The notes under the pieces were generated by a model. That model made no database searches and was not told the DNA's origin. It saw nothing but the letters and a program-made list of their open reading frames with translations. A DNA stretch of 64,000 nucleotides, counting the filler, from Candidatus Hydrogenedentota bacterium (GTDB lineage Bacteria; JBFMHD01): assembly GCA_040752395.1 (NCBI GenBank). It is 7 parts of 7 records of this genome, joined end to end, with 100 filler letters (N's around TTAATTAATTAA, not from the genome) between each part and the next. Parts side by side here need not be neighbours in the genome. Positions count along the whole stretch, not along the records: positions 19,288 to 28,762 come from JBFMHD010000105.1; positions 28,863 to 38,334 come from JBFMHD010000106.1; 5 more parts are not named here. One strand, written 5' to 3'. Below, in pieces: positions 19,288-28,950 of this stretch. The translations under genes and the position numbers were made by a program. Position 1 is the stretch's first letter, and each line of letters begins with the position of its first letter.

Positions 19288-19456
19288 GATATGAAAAGAG
19301 TCACAAGTCGCAAGTCGTGAGTCAAAACAGGACTCGAGACTCAAGACTCAAGACTTTTCAGCAGGCTTTGGGCTTTTGGCTCCAGCCGGCTGTAGTCCGT
19401 AGCCTGTAGCCTGTACCCCGAATTATTAGAGTTACAATGTTTTTCAGAGGAGGAGG
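19288..19456 (+). repeat. Modular element copy (3' part)
   Basis: GAGTC/GACTC heptamer hairpin, CAGCCGGCTG hairpin, 3' end TTACAATGTTTTTCAGAGGAGG. Confidence 0.9.
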
Positions 19457-19463
19457 TTCGATA

Positions 19464-19856
19464 TTGAGAAAAGAAAGGAGAGTGTATTTAAGATACGAGA
19501 TAGAGCTTCCTGTTGATATAGAGATGGACGAAGGGAATGTGAGTATTAAGACAGTGTCGAAGAATATATCTGGTGGTGGTATTTTTGTAGAGGTGCCGGT
19601 AAGGCCAGAACTTTTTTCACAAGCGATATTAAAAATTGATTTTAGTAATATTGGTGGAGGGGTAAAAGTTATACCAGCTGTTGTAGTTCATACATTATCT
19701 AAAGAATCAGTAAACGAACAGAGGAGCGAGGTAGGTTTAGTATTTGACACAAATGATAATGAATTACGGATGGAGATAGATAATTGTTTAAGAAAGGCAT
19801 ATCCGTTTGAGAGGATAAAGAACAAATTAAAATTTTTTATAAAATCATTATTATGA
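19464..19856 (+). CDS. PilZ domain protein
   Basis: RRVYLR and NISGGG motifs; likely TTG start at 19464 behind GGAGG, since the ORF-track MFFRGG start lies in the repeat. Confidence 0.75.
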   Translation: MRKERRVYLRYEIELPVDIEMDEGNVSIKTVSKNISGGGIFVEVPVRPELFSQAILKIDFSNIGGGVKVIPAVVVHTLSKESVNEQRSEVGLVFDTNDNELRMEIDNCLRKAYPFERIKNKLKFFIKSLL

Positions 19857-20440
19857 CGAGTATTTATACTTTATTAGCTTTATTTTTATTTTCTTATTTA
19901 GTAGGTAGTATTCCAGCTGGTTATATATATGGTCGTTTAATGGGTATAGACATAAAGAAAGAGGGTTCAGGGAATGTTGGTGCTACTAATGTAATGCGAG
20001 TACTTGGGAGGAAGGCGGGGATAGCGGTTCTTTTTTTTGATATTTTAAAAGGTTTTATTCCGGTAGAATTAGGATCTTTATATTTTAGAAATGAGGGTAT
20101 TATAATAATTTGTGGTATTTTAAGTATTATTGGTCATATGTATCCGGTATGGTTAGGGTTTAGAGGCGGTAAAGGTGTAGCAACGAGTTGTGGTGTTTTT
20201 ATTGCATTAGTTCCAGGGGTTGTATTAATGGGATTTATTGTTTTTGTGATAACAGTTATTTTTACGAGGTTTGTATCAGTGGGTTCAATTATAATTTCTA
20301 TATTTGTGCCTGTATGTATATTTTTAGAGGGTAAAATAATTTTAGGAATTTTTAGTGTAATAGTTGGTGCTATTATCATTTATAGGCATAAAGAGAATAT
20401 AAAAAGGATATTAGAAGGGAGAGAGAATAAAATTTTTTAA
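19853..20440 (+). CDS. plsY: Glycerol-3-phosphate acyltransferase
   Basis: GSIP, GSGNVGATN, GHMYP...GGKGVAT, RHKENIKR. Confidence 0.96.
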   Translation: MTSIYTLLALFLFSYLVGSIPAGYIYGRLMGIDIKKEGSGNVGATNVMRVLGRKAGIAVLFFDILKGFIPVELGSLYFRNEGIIIICGILSIIGHMYPVWLGFRGGKGVATSCGVFIALVPGVVLMGFIVFVITVIFTRFVSVGSIIISIFVPVCIFLEGKIILGIFSVIVGAIIIYRHKENIKRILEGRENKIF

Positions 20441-20442
20441 TT

Positions 20443-20946
20443 ATGCTTATATCGTATAAAGGGAAAGAGCCAAGATTGGGAACAAATGTATTTATTGCTG
20501 ATACTGCGAGAGTGATAGGTGATGTTGAGATAGGCGACAATTCAAGTATCTGGTATGGTGCTATTATAAGGGGAGATGTAGGGTATATAAGGATAGGGAA
20601 GAATACAAACATACAGGATAATTCAGTGATACACATTTACGAGCATTTACCTGTACTTATAGGTGATGAGGTTACTATAGGTCACAATGTAGTATTACAT
20701 GGTTGTATTATTCAATCAAGGGTTATAATAGGGATTGGGGCGATTGTACTCGATGAAGCAGAGGTTAGTGAGGATTGTATTATTGCTGCTGGTAGTGTTG
20801 TAACTCCCGGGACCAAGGTTCAGGGAGGCACTTTATATATGGGGGTTCCGGCAAGAATGAAGCGCAAATTAACAGATAAAGAGATAGCACATATAAGAGA
20901 GAGTGCAGCTGGTTATATAGGTCTTGCGAGAGGATACAGGGTTTGA
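20443..20946 (+). CDS. Gamma carbonic anhydrase family protein
   Basis: Hexapeptide repeats, IRGD, NIQDNSVIH, IGHNVVLHGC. Confidence 0.92.
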   Translation: MLISYKGKEPRLGTNVFIADTARVIGDVEIGDNSSIWYGAIIRGDVGYIRIGKNTNIQDNSVIHIYEHLPVLIGDEVTIGHNVVLHGCIIQSRVIIGIGAIVLDEAEVSEDCIIAAGSVVTPGTKVQGGTLYMGVPARMKRKLTDKEIAHIRESAAGYIGLARGYRV

Positions 20947-22382
20947 GAAAGAGTCTAATATTTTTATTAAGCGTATTTTTAGTTATTTTGGATTCTTGTA
21001 GAACTGCTCCATCAATCAAGACAGGCCATAGGGAGTTTGTAAAAGGTCATTATCATAATGCAGCCCAAATATACCGTGAATATCTTGAGATAAGGAAGAT
21101 TTCGAGGAATAAAGAGGTAGCATATTTTGGACTTTGCTGGAGTGAATATTTTAATGGGAATGACAGGGAAGCGCTTGAAGTTGTTAATACGCTATTAACA
21201 AAATATCCAAAATCTGTTTTAAAAAACAATATATTGAGTTTAAAAAGTTTAATATTATTTCAATTAAAAGATTATAAAAAGAGTAAAGAAATCATAGATG
21301 AAGTTTTAAGTATGAAAAATATAGAGACAGAGTTATCTTCGGTATTTATGCAGGAGTTAAGATTTGTGAGAGCTGAGATACATAGAAGAGAAGACAATAT
21401 AGATGATGCAATTGATTTATTTTCTAATTATATCAATGAGTATCCAGAGGGAGAACGGATAAAAGAGAGTTATTTAAGTCGAGCTTTATGTTACAGAAGC
21501 AAGAGAGAATACGACAAAGCTCTTTCAAGTTTAGATAAATTAAGTGAGATAAAAGGTTCTCTTGGAGAATCGGTGATATTATTAAAGAGTTTAGTACTTA
21601 TAGAGAAGGGGGATACTGATATAGCGTGGAGTGCTCTTTCAGATTTTGCGAATAATAATCCACAATCAAAATGGACAGGTCCAATTTTAACCCAGCTTTC
21701 GATAAAGTCAGAAGAGAGGGGAGATACTTTAAGTGCCAGGGATTATTATTTTAAGATTATAAGAAATAAAGGGATAGATTCTAAATATATAAGCAGGGCA
21801 TTATATTATCTTGGGAATTTTTATGAAGTAGGGGACAGGATTGACAGTGCTATTATCTATTACAAAGAGATAGAAAACAATTATCAGAATACCTTGTGGT
21901 TTACTAACAGTGTGAAGTTGCTGTATAATCTTTATCTTTCAAAAAAGAGGTTTGATTTATCGAGTGATTTAGCAGAGAGATATCCACATTTAATAGGGGA
22001 GGAGAGCAGAGGGTATACTTTAATGGATTTAGCAAGGATGCAGGTAAAATATCAGGAGGATAATTTTGATAAAGTTCAAAAGTTTGTAGAGATTGGGAAA
22101 AATGACGAAGCGCTTGAATTATTGGAGCATTTAATTGAGGAAGGGAGGATAGCGGAGGATGTTAAAGCCCAGGCATTGATATTATCGGGTAATCTTTTAA
22201 AAAAGGCGAATCGGCTAGAAGAGAGCGTGAATAGATATTTTGAAGCGTTTCTTATAGCAAAAACTGATAAAGAGAAAGAGGTTACTTTAGAGAATTTGCT
22301 TACTTTGTATATTAAACTTGGTGAAAGGGATAAAGCTGAACGGACCAAGCTTGCGCTTGAGGCTTTAAGAAAGACAAAATAA
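20943..22382 (+). CDS. TPR protein, probable lipoprotein
   Basis: Hydrophobic leader ending in LDSC; TPRs with YP turns (BamD/YbgF-like). Confidence 0.7.
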   Translation: MRKSLIFLLSVFLVILDSCRTAPSIKTGHREFVKGHYHNAAQIYREYLEIRKISRNKEVAYFGLCWSEYFNGNDREALEVVNTLLTKYPKSVLKNNILSLKSLILFQLKDYKKSKEIIDEVLSMKNIETELSSVFMQELRFVRAEIHRREDNIDDAIDLFSNYINEYPEGERIKESYLSRALCYRSKREYDKALSSLDKLSEIKGSLGESVILLKSLVLIEKGDTDIAWSALSDFANNNPQSKWTGPILTQLSIKSEERGDTLSARDYYFKIIRNKGIDSKYISRALYYLGNFYEVGDRIDSAIIYYKEIENNYQNTLWFTNSVKLLYNLYLSKKRFDLSSDLAERYPHLIGEESRGYTLMDLARMQVKYQEDNFDKVQKFVEIGKNDEALELLEHLIEEGRIAEDVKAQALILSGNLLKKANRLEESVNRYFEAFLIAKTDKEKEVTLENLLTLYIKLGERDKAERTKLALEALRKTK

Positions 22383-22387
22383 ATATT

Positions 22388-23623
22388 ATGGGAGATGAAA
22401 TAGTTTTATCTCAAGGGTTACTGAGAGTTAAGATTATAAAGACAGATGCAGGATATATAAGGATAGGGAGTTTCCCTGATATATTAAAAAGATTAAGAAA
22501 AACAAATATTCAACCATATATAATTATACTTGCGCCTTTTAAAACAGGTGATTTTGGGGATAAGAGACTTGGTGAGGAGTTTATTTTCTGGGATAGCATA
22601 TTTTTCAAGAAGCAGAGACTACGGTATATTGCTCCACGGGAGATACTTAAAAAATTTTATGATATACTTAATTGTACGGTTCCGTGGGATTTAGACGATG
22701 AGAGGATAAAGATTATAAGGAGAGAGTGGTTGGATGAGACTTTTATTCCCTGTGAGATACCGTGGGATCAAGAAAAGGTTTTAGAAAATTTATTTATATA
22801 TTATTCAAGGGAAGGGGTTGAGATAAGGGATAGTAGAGGTAGATATTTTGTTAAATGGAATGAACTCATTGAGACCCGAAAGAGGGAGAGGCCTTTATTA
22901 GACATAAAGTTTAAGGATGAGTTATCTGTATATGTGGTTGGGAGTGGCAATGGGTTTTTGGGAAGGACATCAAGTTTCATAGTTGGTAAAGAAGATGTTT
23001 ACTATTGGATTGATCCGCCGGGTGATATCTGGGATTTCGGGTTTACTTCATCAAACAGACTTGACGGAATAATAATCTCCCATAATCATGAGGATCATAT
23101 AGCAGGTTTTCCGCTTATATTGTATCAATACATTAGTGAGAATAAAAGATTAAAGGTTTATACAGCAGAGAGTATCTGGGCTGTATTACTTCAACAATTT
23201 GATTATTCAAGAGGTCTGATAGAGAGATCTACAGAATTCTTTGATATATCTCCTTATAAAGGAGATATTGTATTAAGGGGTGGTGTGGTATTAAAGACGA
23301 GATGGAGTCATCATTGTTTACCGAGTGGTACACTGGGTTTCAAATTTTATGATAAAAAGAAATGTATAGGTATCTCAGGGGATACTAAATACAGAGAGGA
23401 TATATCAGAAGATTTAGGAGATGTGGCTATTAGTTACAGATGGTTTCTTGATACTGATATTTTATTTCATGAGGTTGATAAACCGTCGAGACACAGTGTT
23501 CATACTTTTCCAGAAGATTTATATAATTTAAAGAAGAGATTAACCAGGACAAGGGTTTTATATTATCACACGGGATTTAGTTTTAAAAATATTGAACGAG
23601 TGCAAGAAAATAGTATTTATTGA
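22388..23623 (+). CDS. Metallo-beta-lactamase fold hydrolase
   Basis: VGSGNGF, SHNHEDH, SGDT, FHE, VHT motifs plus a long N-terminal extension. Confidence 0.75.
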   Translation: MGDEIVLSQGLLRVKIIKTDAGYIRIGSFPDILKRLRKTNIQPYIIILAPFKTGDFGDKRLGEEFIFWDSIFFKKQRLRYIAPREILKKFYDILNCTVPWDLDDERIKIIRREWLDETFIPCEIPWDQEKVLENLFIYYSREGVEIRDSRGRYFVKWNELIETRKRERPLLDIKFKDELSVYVVGSGNGFLGRTSSFIVGKEDVYYWIDPPGDIWDFGFTSSNRLDGIIISHNHEDHIAGFPLILYQYISENKRLKVYTAESIWAVLLQQFDYSRGLIERSTEFFDISPYKGDIVLRGGVVLKTRWSHHCLPSGTLGFKFYDKKKCIGISGDTKYREDISEDLGDVAISYRWFLDTDILFHEVDKPSRHSVHTFPEDLYNLKKRLTRTRVLYYHTGFSFKNIERVQENSIY

Positions 23624-23724
23624 TGTTACAGAGTCAATGTGGCGGACTAGTGGGCTAAAGAACTTTTAAAATAATACCGATAAACAACCTAGGTAATTAT
23701 CAAGAAAAATAAAGGGGTTAGATA

Positions 23725-24615
23725 ATGATGAAATCAGAATGGATTGAAGAGTTTATTATTTTGTTAAGAGTTGAGGCTGGATTAACTGAAAATACACTTT
23801 CAGCTTATAGAACAGATTTAAAACAGTTTTATGAATATTTAGAAAAGAAAAACAAACTTGATAAAGAGGTTCAGAGAAGAGATTTACTCCAATATTTTTT
23901 ATATTTGAAAGAGTGGAGGGACTTATCCTTACGGAGTGTGGCACGTCATACTGTTACAATAAGGAATTTTTTTAATTTCTTATATAGAGAGGATAAAATT
24001 CAATTAAATCCCGCAGAAGATTTAGAATCACCGAGGATAGAGAAGCCGTTACCGACGTTTTTAACCGATGATGAGATGGAAAAACTTTTAAAACTACCTG
24101 ATAATAGAGACATATTCGGGATGCGAGACAAAGCTATGTTAGAGCTTTTATATGCTACAGGAATGCGAGTTTCTGAGATAATTAATATAAGAATAATAGA
24201 TTTAGACCTTAATGAAGGTTATGTTAGAGTAAAAGGCAAAGGTGAGAAAGAGAGAATAGTACCGATAGGGAGTGAAGCACTTGAAGCGGTAAAAATATAT
24301 TTACAGAAAGGTAGAAGAGAGTTAAAACCCGAAAATAATGAGGACAAACTTTTTCTTAATAAAAGTGGGAAGGTATTAACGCGACAGGGGTTCTGGAAAA
24401 TATTGAAACGATATGCAAGAATGAGCGGGAAAAGTGATATCACGCCTCACACCCTGAGACATACTTTTGCAACGCATCTCTTATCAAATGGTGCTGATTT
24501 AAGGAGTGTGCAGGAATTATTGGGTCACTCTGATATCAGCACAACTCAAATTTATACACATACAGACACTTCGCGACTTATTTCTGTACACAGGCAGTAC
24601 CATCCACGAGCATAA
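23725..24615 (+). CDS. xerD: Site-specific tyrosine recombinase XerD
   Basis: RDKAMLELLYATGMRVSE, TRQGFWK, TPHTLRHTFATH, LGHSDISTTQIYTH, C-terminal HPRA. Confidence 0.92.
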   Translation: MMKSEWIEEFIILLRVEAGLTENTLSAYRTDLKQFYEYLEKKNKLDKEVQRRDLLQYFLYLKEWRDLSLRSVARHTVTIRNFFNFLYREDKIQLNPAEDLESPRIEKPLPTFLTDDEMEKLLKLPDNRDIFGMRDKAMLELLYATGMRVSEIINIRIIDLDLNEGYVRVKGKGEKERIVPIGSEALEAVKIYLQKGRRELKPENNEDKLFLNKSGKVLTRQGFWKILKRYARMSGKSDITPHTLRHTFATHLLSNGADLRSVQELLGHSDISTTQIYTHTDTSRLISVHRQYHPRA

Positions 24616-24646
24616 ATATCATGTAACCTATCAATTATAGTGGATA

Positions 24647-24704
24647 ACAAGTAAAAAGTTAAAAGTGAGAGAACGAAAAAAATAGGAGCACATTGTGGTC
24701 GCCC
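24647..24704 (+). repeat. AAAAGTT heptamer module plus degenerate REP-like motif
   Basis: ACAAGTAAAAAGTTAAAAGTG matches 53321-53368; followed by ATAGGAGCACATTGTGGTCGCCC. Confidence 0.5.
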
Positions 24705-24759
24705 GAGGCAAGGAGTAAGATTTTGACAATAAAAAAATAAATGAGTAGAATTAAACAAT

Positions 24760-26619
24760 ATGAAATTTAACAATTATATCTGGTTAGTGATAGTTGGCAT
24801 CGGTGCAAGATTGATATTTTATTTTACTACTGAAAATTACGCATCACTTACCTATCCTTCTGAAGGTACTGATATGGAGACATATAACAACTGGGCGCTT
24901 GAAATAATGAATGGCAAGTTGTTTCAGAATAGTGCCTTTTATATGGGGCCTCTTTATCCATATCTTATGGCGTTAATTTTTAAATTGATTGGATATAAAA
25001 TTATTTACATACAAGTTCTTCAATATTTATCAGGGATTATCTCGGGTATATTGATTTTCAATATTATGAAATATTTTGTACAAGAAAAGATAGCTTTATT
25101 TGTATCTTTTGGATATATGTTTTATCCATTTTTTTTTATTTTTGAATCTATTCAATTAACAGACAGTTTAGCTTTATTTTTAAATGTCTGTGTTATATAT
25201 TTTTTAATTAAATATTTTAGTCAATATAAAAAGTGTCATCTTATATTAGCTGGTTTATTTTCTGGTTTAAGTATTTTGACTCGGGGTAATTTGCTTATAG
25301 TATTACCTTTTTTTTGTTTATTTATATTTTTAAGCAGTGATAAAAGCTATAAGAGATCAATATTTAATATTTTATTATATTTTACATTTACTTTTTTAAT
25401 AATTTCGCCAGCAACGATACATAACTATATTGTTGAAAAAAGATTTGTTTTAGTTACCACGAATGCGGGCATAAATTTATACATAGGGAATAATCCTGAG
25501 GCTACAGGATGGTATACGTATCCATCTTTTACCTCGAGAGAGCCTGGCAAAGCAGCGCTTAAATGGATAATTGAGAATAGAGAAAAATTTTTAAAACTCA
25601 CATTAAAAAAGGCAAGGTATTTTCTTTTAAATTATGAAATACCTCAAAATCTCGATACTATAGAATTCATACGTAATTCATATATTTTAAGTGAGATATA
25701 TAAATTTTTAAACTTTGGACTTGTTTTATCGATAGGTTTACCCGGCATTATTTTTTTAGGTCTATCCCGTAAAAGTTGTGATTATGTTATATTGATATAT
25801 TTATTTTTTTATTCTCTGTCGGTTATTTTATTTTTTGTAACTGACAGATATAGATTACCGATAGTACCTGTGTTTTTTCTATGTGCGGGTATATGTATAG
25901 ACAAAGTTTTTGGATATTACAAAAAAAAGAAATATTTAGAAATCATTGTAATTTTAATATGTGTTGGTTTTTGCTATAAGTTTACAAATATTAATCCAAA
26001 AGAGATAAGAGAGGTTGAGAGAGGTTCTGAGGTAAGAGCTATTTATAATGAAGCTGTTAATTTACTACAGAGCGGGGAATTAGAGGATGCTATAATCAAG
26101 TTTGAAAAGGTAGTAAATACAAAAAAAGATTATAAAAATGCGTGGCTAAAGCTTGGGAGTGCTTATTTTAATAATAAAGAGTATGATAAATCTATTGAGT
26201 GTTATAATAAAGTAATCGAACTTGATAAAGACAATTACGATGCGAATTATGGGATGGGAATGAATTATTTATTTAAGAATGATATTGCAACCGCAAAAAG
26301 ATATTTTAATATAGTATATGAGTTTTATCCAGATAATATTAATAATCTTTGGCGGCTTGCAGGTGTTGAATTTAACCTGGGGAATGTTAACAGAGCTGAA
26401 GAATTATGTGAAAAGGCTATAAAGATAAATGGGAAGGATGGTAGAATTTATGCTTTATTAGGGATTATAAACATAACTAAAGGGGATTTAGATAAAGCAA
26501 AAGAAGACTTTAGATTAGCAAAAGAGTATGATCCTAATGGAAGTAATACAAAACGATTAGAGGAATTAATTAATAATACAGAGAAAGTAATTCTTCAGTT
26601 AGGCGGAGGAAAGAAATAA
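24760..26619 (+). CDS. GT39/PMT-like membrane glycosyltransferase with C-terminal TPRs
   Basis: YMGPLYPY, NLYIGNNP, DRYRLP in a multi-TM region, then TPRs. Confidence 0.8.
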   Translation: MKFNNYIWLVIVGIGARLIFYFTTENYASLTYPSEGTDMETYNNWALEIMNGKLFQNSAFYMGPLYPYLMALIFKLIGYKIIYIQVLQYLSGIISGILIFNIMKYFVQEKIALFVSFGYMFYPFFFIFESIQLTDSLALFLNVCVIYFLIKYFSQYKKCHLILAGLFSGLSILTRGNLLIVLPFFCLFIFLSSDKSYKRSIFNILLYFTFTFLIISPATIHNYIVEKRFVLVTTNAGINLYIGNNPEATGWYTYPSFTSREPGKAALKWIIENREKFLKLTLKKARYFLLNYEIPQNLDTIEFIRNSYILSEIYKFLNFGLVLSIGLPGIIFLGLSRKSCDYVILIYLFFYSLSVILFFVTDRYRLPIVPVFFLCAGICIDKVFGYYKKKKYLEIIVILICVGFCYKFTNINPKEIREVERGSEVRAIYNEAVNLLQSGELEDAIIKFEKVVNTKKDYKNAWLKLGSAYFNNKEYDKSIECYNKVIELDKDNYDANYGMGMNYLFKNDIATAKRYFNIVYEFYPDNINNLWRLAGVEFNLGNVNRAEELCEKAIKINGKDGRIYALLGIINITKGDLDKAKEDFRLAKEYDPNGSNTKRLEELINNTEKVILQLGGGKK

Positions 26620-26620
26620 A

Positions 26621-26767
26621 AGGAGACATTTTATTTTTGCTTCTCTGGGGTCATTATATTTACTTGGAGCAACTGCACTTGAAAACTTTGGAGTTGGTGT
26701 TGATACTACGAACAGGAGACTAAAACCGATTACTGCTATTATTGGTAATTTCTTCGGCTCAAGATAA
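26621..26767 (+). pseudogene. C-terminal remnant of a clan AA (AF_0612-like) aspartic protease
   Basis: Start-less frame reads IFASLGSLYLLGATALENFGVGVDTTNRRLKPI. Confidence 0.55.
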
Positions 26768-26785
26768 CGTTTGTTTGGAATGCTA

Positions 26786-27784
26786 TTATTTTTCGAGGAT
26801 AGTTTCTTCAACTGATAGACCGAAATGTCTGGCCGATTTTAATAGATAGCCAAGGACAGCATCACCTTTTTTAAGTGATACGACTGATAAAGGTTTACCG
26901 TGGGTGTTTACAAGTCTTATAGTTTCAGCGTTTTGGAGGATTATAGAGAATCTTTCAATAGTATTTTCAGTGTGTGCTTGGATATATAACATTGGTCTTC
27001 GTTCAATTTTAACTCTTCCCACGATACCAATTTGTGTTTCGCCTTTATAATTAACAATTAACACCTTATCACCTGATTTAAGTTCAGAGAGATAATTAGT
27101 TTTATTTTCAGGGGATAGGACGTATGCGTGTATACCGCCTGCATTAACTCTAAAAGGTCTTGGTTCTACGTATGGGTTTACCTCTGTTTCAGAATGGACA
27201 AAGAAGAGGCCCATAGAAGTATTACCGACGAGCATTCCCTCGCCGGGGTTCATTCGAGTACAGGTATCAACGCAAACTCTATCGCCCATACCTGCGGCAT
27301 CGACTTTATCGATAATAAATTTTTGGAGTTGGATTTTTGTTTTTGGGTATTTAACCTTTTGTATTGCTTTAGTTATATCCTGGATTTTAAAATTTTTAAG
27401 AACGACACCGCTTACGCCCTTCTCAAGTATACCCAGAGCCACTTCAAGTTCGGAGAGATTTTTAACAACAGCGAATATTTTATCGGACTGGGCGATAAGG
27501 TTTTCAAGAGGTATAATCATCCAGTCAGAAGTTTCAACTATAACGGTTTTATTTTTTCCTAACAAAGCTGCTTTTATTTCATCTTTTTTGTCAGTTATTT
27601 TGACTTCAACCACATTTTTACCGAGAATAATATCGCCATCAGGAGCGATTGTATTAATTCTTCCGAGTTCCTTAATTTTTTTCGTGTAGCCTTTATCAAC
27701 AATAATGGCGTCAGCACCTGATTCAAGAGCTGTTGTAGCAATTTTTTTATTATATGGTCTTACATCGACCCAGACAGTCTTCAT
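26786..27784 (-). CDS. 3-dehydroquinate synthase II (archaeal-type AroB')
   Basis: IPLENLIA, GDRVCVDT, RPFRVNAG, ILQNAETIRL, ARHFG. Confidence 0.93.
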   Translation of the reverse strand: MKTVWVDVRPYNKKIATTALESGADAIIVDKGYTKKIKELGRINTIAPDGDIILGKNVVEVKITDKKDEIKAALLGKNKTVIVETSDWMIIPLENLIAQSDKIFAVVKNLSELEVALGILEKGVSGVVLKNFKIQDITKAIQKVKYPKTKIQLQKFIIDKVDAAGMGDRVCVDTCTRMNPGEGMLVGNTSMGLFFVHSETEVNPYVEPRPFRVNAGGIHAYVLSPENKTNYLSELKSGDKVLIVNYKGETQIGIVGRVKIERRPMLYIQAHTENTIERFSIILQNAETIRLVNTHGKPLSVVSLKKGDAVLGYLLKSARHFGLSVEETILEK

Positions 27785-27787
27785 AAT

Positions 27788-28582
27788 TTATCCTTTTAAT
27801 ATTTTCATAGCTTCATTAACAGAGGCATTTTCGTGAACAATTGTACATATAGCGCGAACCATTTTTCTTGGGGATTCATGTCCAAAGGCATTACGTCCGA
27901 CAGCGACACCTTTGCCGCCTGCGGTGATAGAATCTTTTATTATAGAGAATATAAGTTTTTCATCTTTTATTTTTTCGCCGCCAGCGATAACAACCGGTAT
28001 AGGGCAGCTTGATACGACTTTTTCGAAAGTTTTAATAGAGCCTGTATAAGAGACTTTAACAATATCAGCTCCGAGTTCAGCAGCGATTCGTGCAGCGTGT
28101 TTTATACCTTCAGGGTCTGTTTCAGATTTAAACTTTTTACCACGAGTATACATCATTGCAAGGAGAGGTATCCCCCATTCATAACATTTAACAGATACCT
28201 CACCCAAATCTTTTAACATTTCATCTTCATTAAGAGCACCGATATTAATATGGACGCTGACCCCATCAGCCCCGAATTTTATTGCATTTTCCACAGTATT
28301 AACAAGCACTTTAGCATTTGGGTCAGGGCTCCATATAGTACTTCCTGATAAATGGAGTATGAGACCGATATCTTTGCCGTGTTTTCTATGGCCGTGGATA
28401 GGCAGACCGAGATGTCCGAGCACTGCGTTTGCGCCGCCCTCAGCAATTTCGTTCACCATATCCCGCATATTTTCTATACCACTGATAGGGCCTATTGTTA
28501 CACCGTGGTCCATAGGTACGATTACGGTCTTTTTTGTCTCTCTATTAATTATTCTTTCAAGTCTTATATACTTACCGAGCAT
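27788..28582 (-). CDS. 2-amino-3,7-dideoxy-D-threo-hept-6-ulosonate synthase (AroA', DhnA-type aldolase)
   Basis: IVPMDHGVTIGP, ELGADIVK, PVVIAGG, GRN; adjacent to AroB'. Start moved to ATG 28582 (MLGKYIRL). Confidence 0.9.
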   Translation of the reverse strand: MLGKYIRLERIINRETKKTVIVPMDHGVTIGPISGIENMRDMVNEIAEGGANAVLGHLGLPIHGHRKHGKDIGLILHLSGSTIWSPDPNAKVLVNTVENAIKFGADGVSVHINIGALNEDEMLKDLGEVSVKCYEWGIPLLAMMYTRGKKFKSETDPEGIKHAARIAAELGADIVKVSYTGSIKTFEKVVSSCPIPVVIAGGEKIKDEKLIFSIIKDSITAGGKGVAVGRNAFGHESPRKMVRAICTIVHENASVNEAMKILKG

Positions 28583-28589
28583 ATAGATA

Positions 28590-28762
28590 CCTCCTCTGAA
28601 AAACATTGTAACTATAATAATATCAAGTAGAAGCAAGAAGCAAGAAGCAAGATAAACAAACATCTAGTTTTTCATACGTTGTGTAGAGCGCAAAAGCGCT
28701 CATGTTGACTCCTTCGAAGAACGCTGTAACTCTAATAATTTCACGAAGTAAGAAGTGAGAAG
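28590..28762 (-). repeat. Modular element, head-to-tail arrangement
   Basis: Two copies of the 31-bp end motif (28591-28621 and 28709-28739, 25/31 identical) enclosing the REP-like hairpin and CAAGAAG repeats. Confidence 0.9.
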
Positions 28763-28862
28763 NNNNNNNNNNNNNNNNNNNNNNNNNNNNNNNNNNNNNN
28801 NNNNNNTTAATTAATTAANNNNNNNNNNNNNNNNNNNNNNNNNNNNNNNNNNNNNNNNNNNN
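28763..28862. other. Artificial contig linker
   Basis: N-TTAATTAATTAA-N. Confidence 0.99.
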
Positions 28863-28950
28863 CGGATGAGTTCATAGTAGCGAAGACGACAGGGACAACA
28901 TAACCCTGTAAGAGCGAAGGGACTCTACTTTAACAAAAGTTTCTAAAAGA
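28863..28950 (+). mobile_element. Probable group II intron remnant (domain III and start of domain IV)
   Basis: CGGAT-GAGTTC-ATAGTAGCGAAGA...ACAGGG/CCCTGT...GAGCGAAG-GGACTC-TACTTT resembles bacterial group II intron DIII; no RT ORF or domain V follows. Confidence 0.55.

Noticed and set aside
19031-19456. One element spanning the linker
   Set aside because: The two halves are on different contigs, repeat the same modules and do not overlap.
23725-24615. Integrase marking a prophage or mobiliser of the element
   Set aside because: Canonical XerD with HPRA end and housekeeping neighbours; no att sites or phage genes.
28583-28663. N-terminal extensions LLLDII.V.MFFRGG on aroA', rpoZ and PilZ
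   Set aside because: They are read-through of the element's 3' end; better starts lie just after GGAGG.
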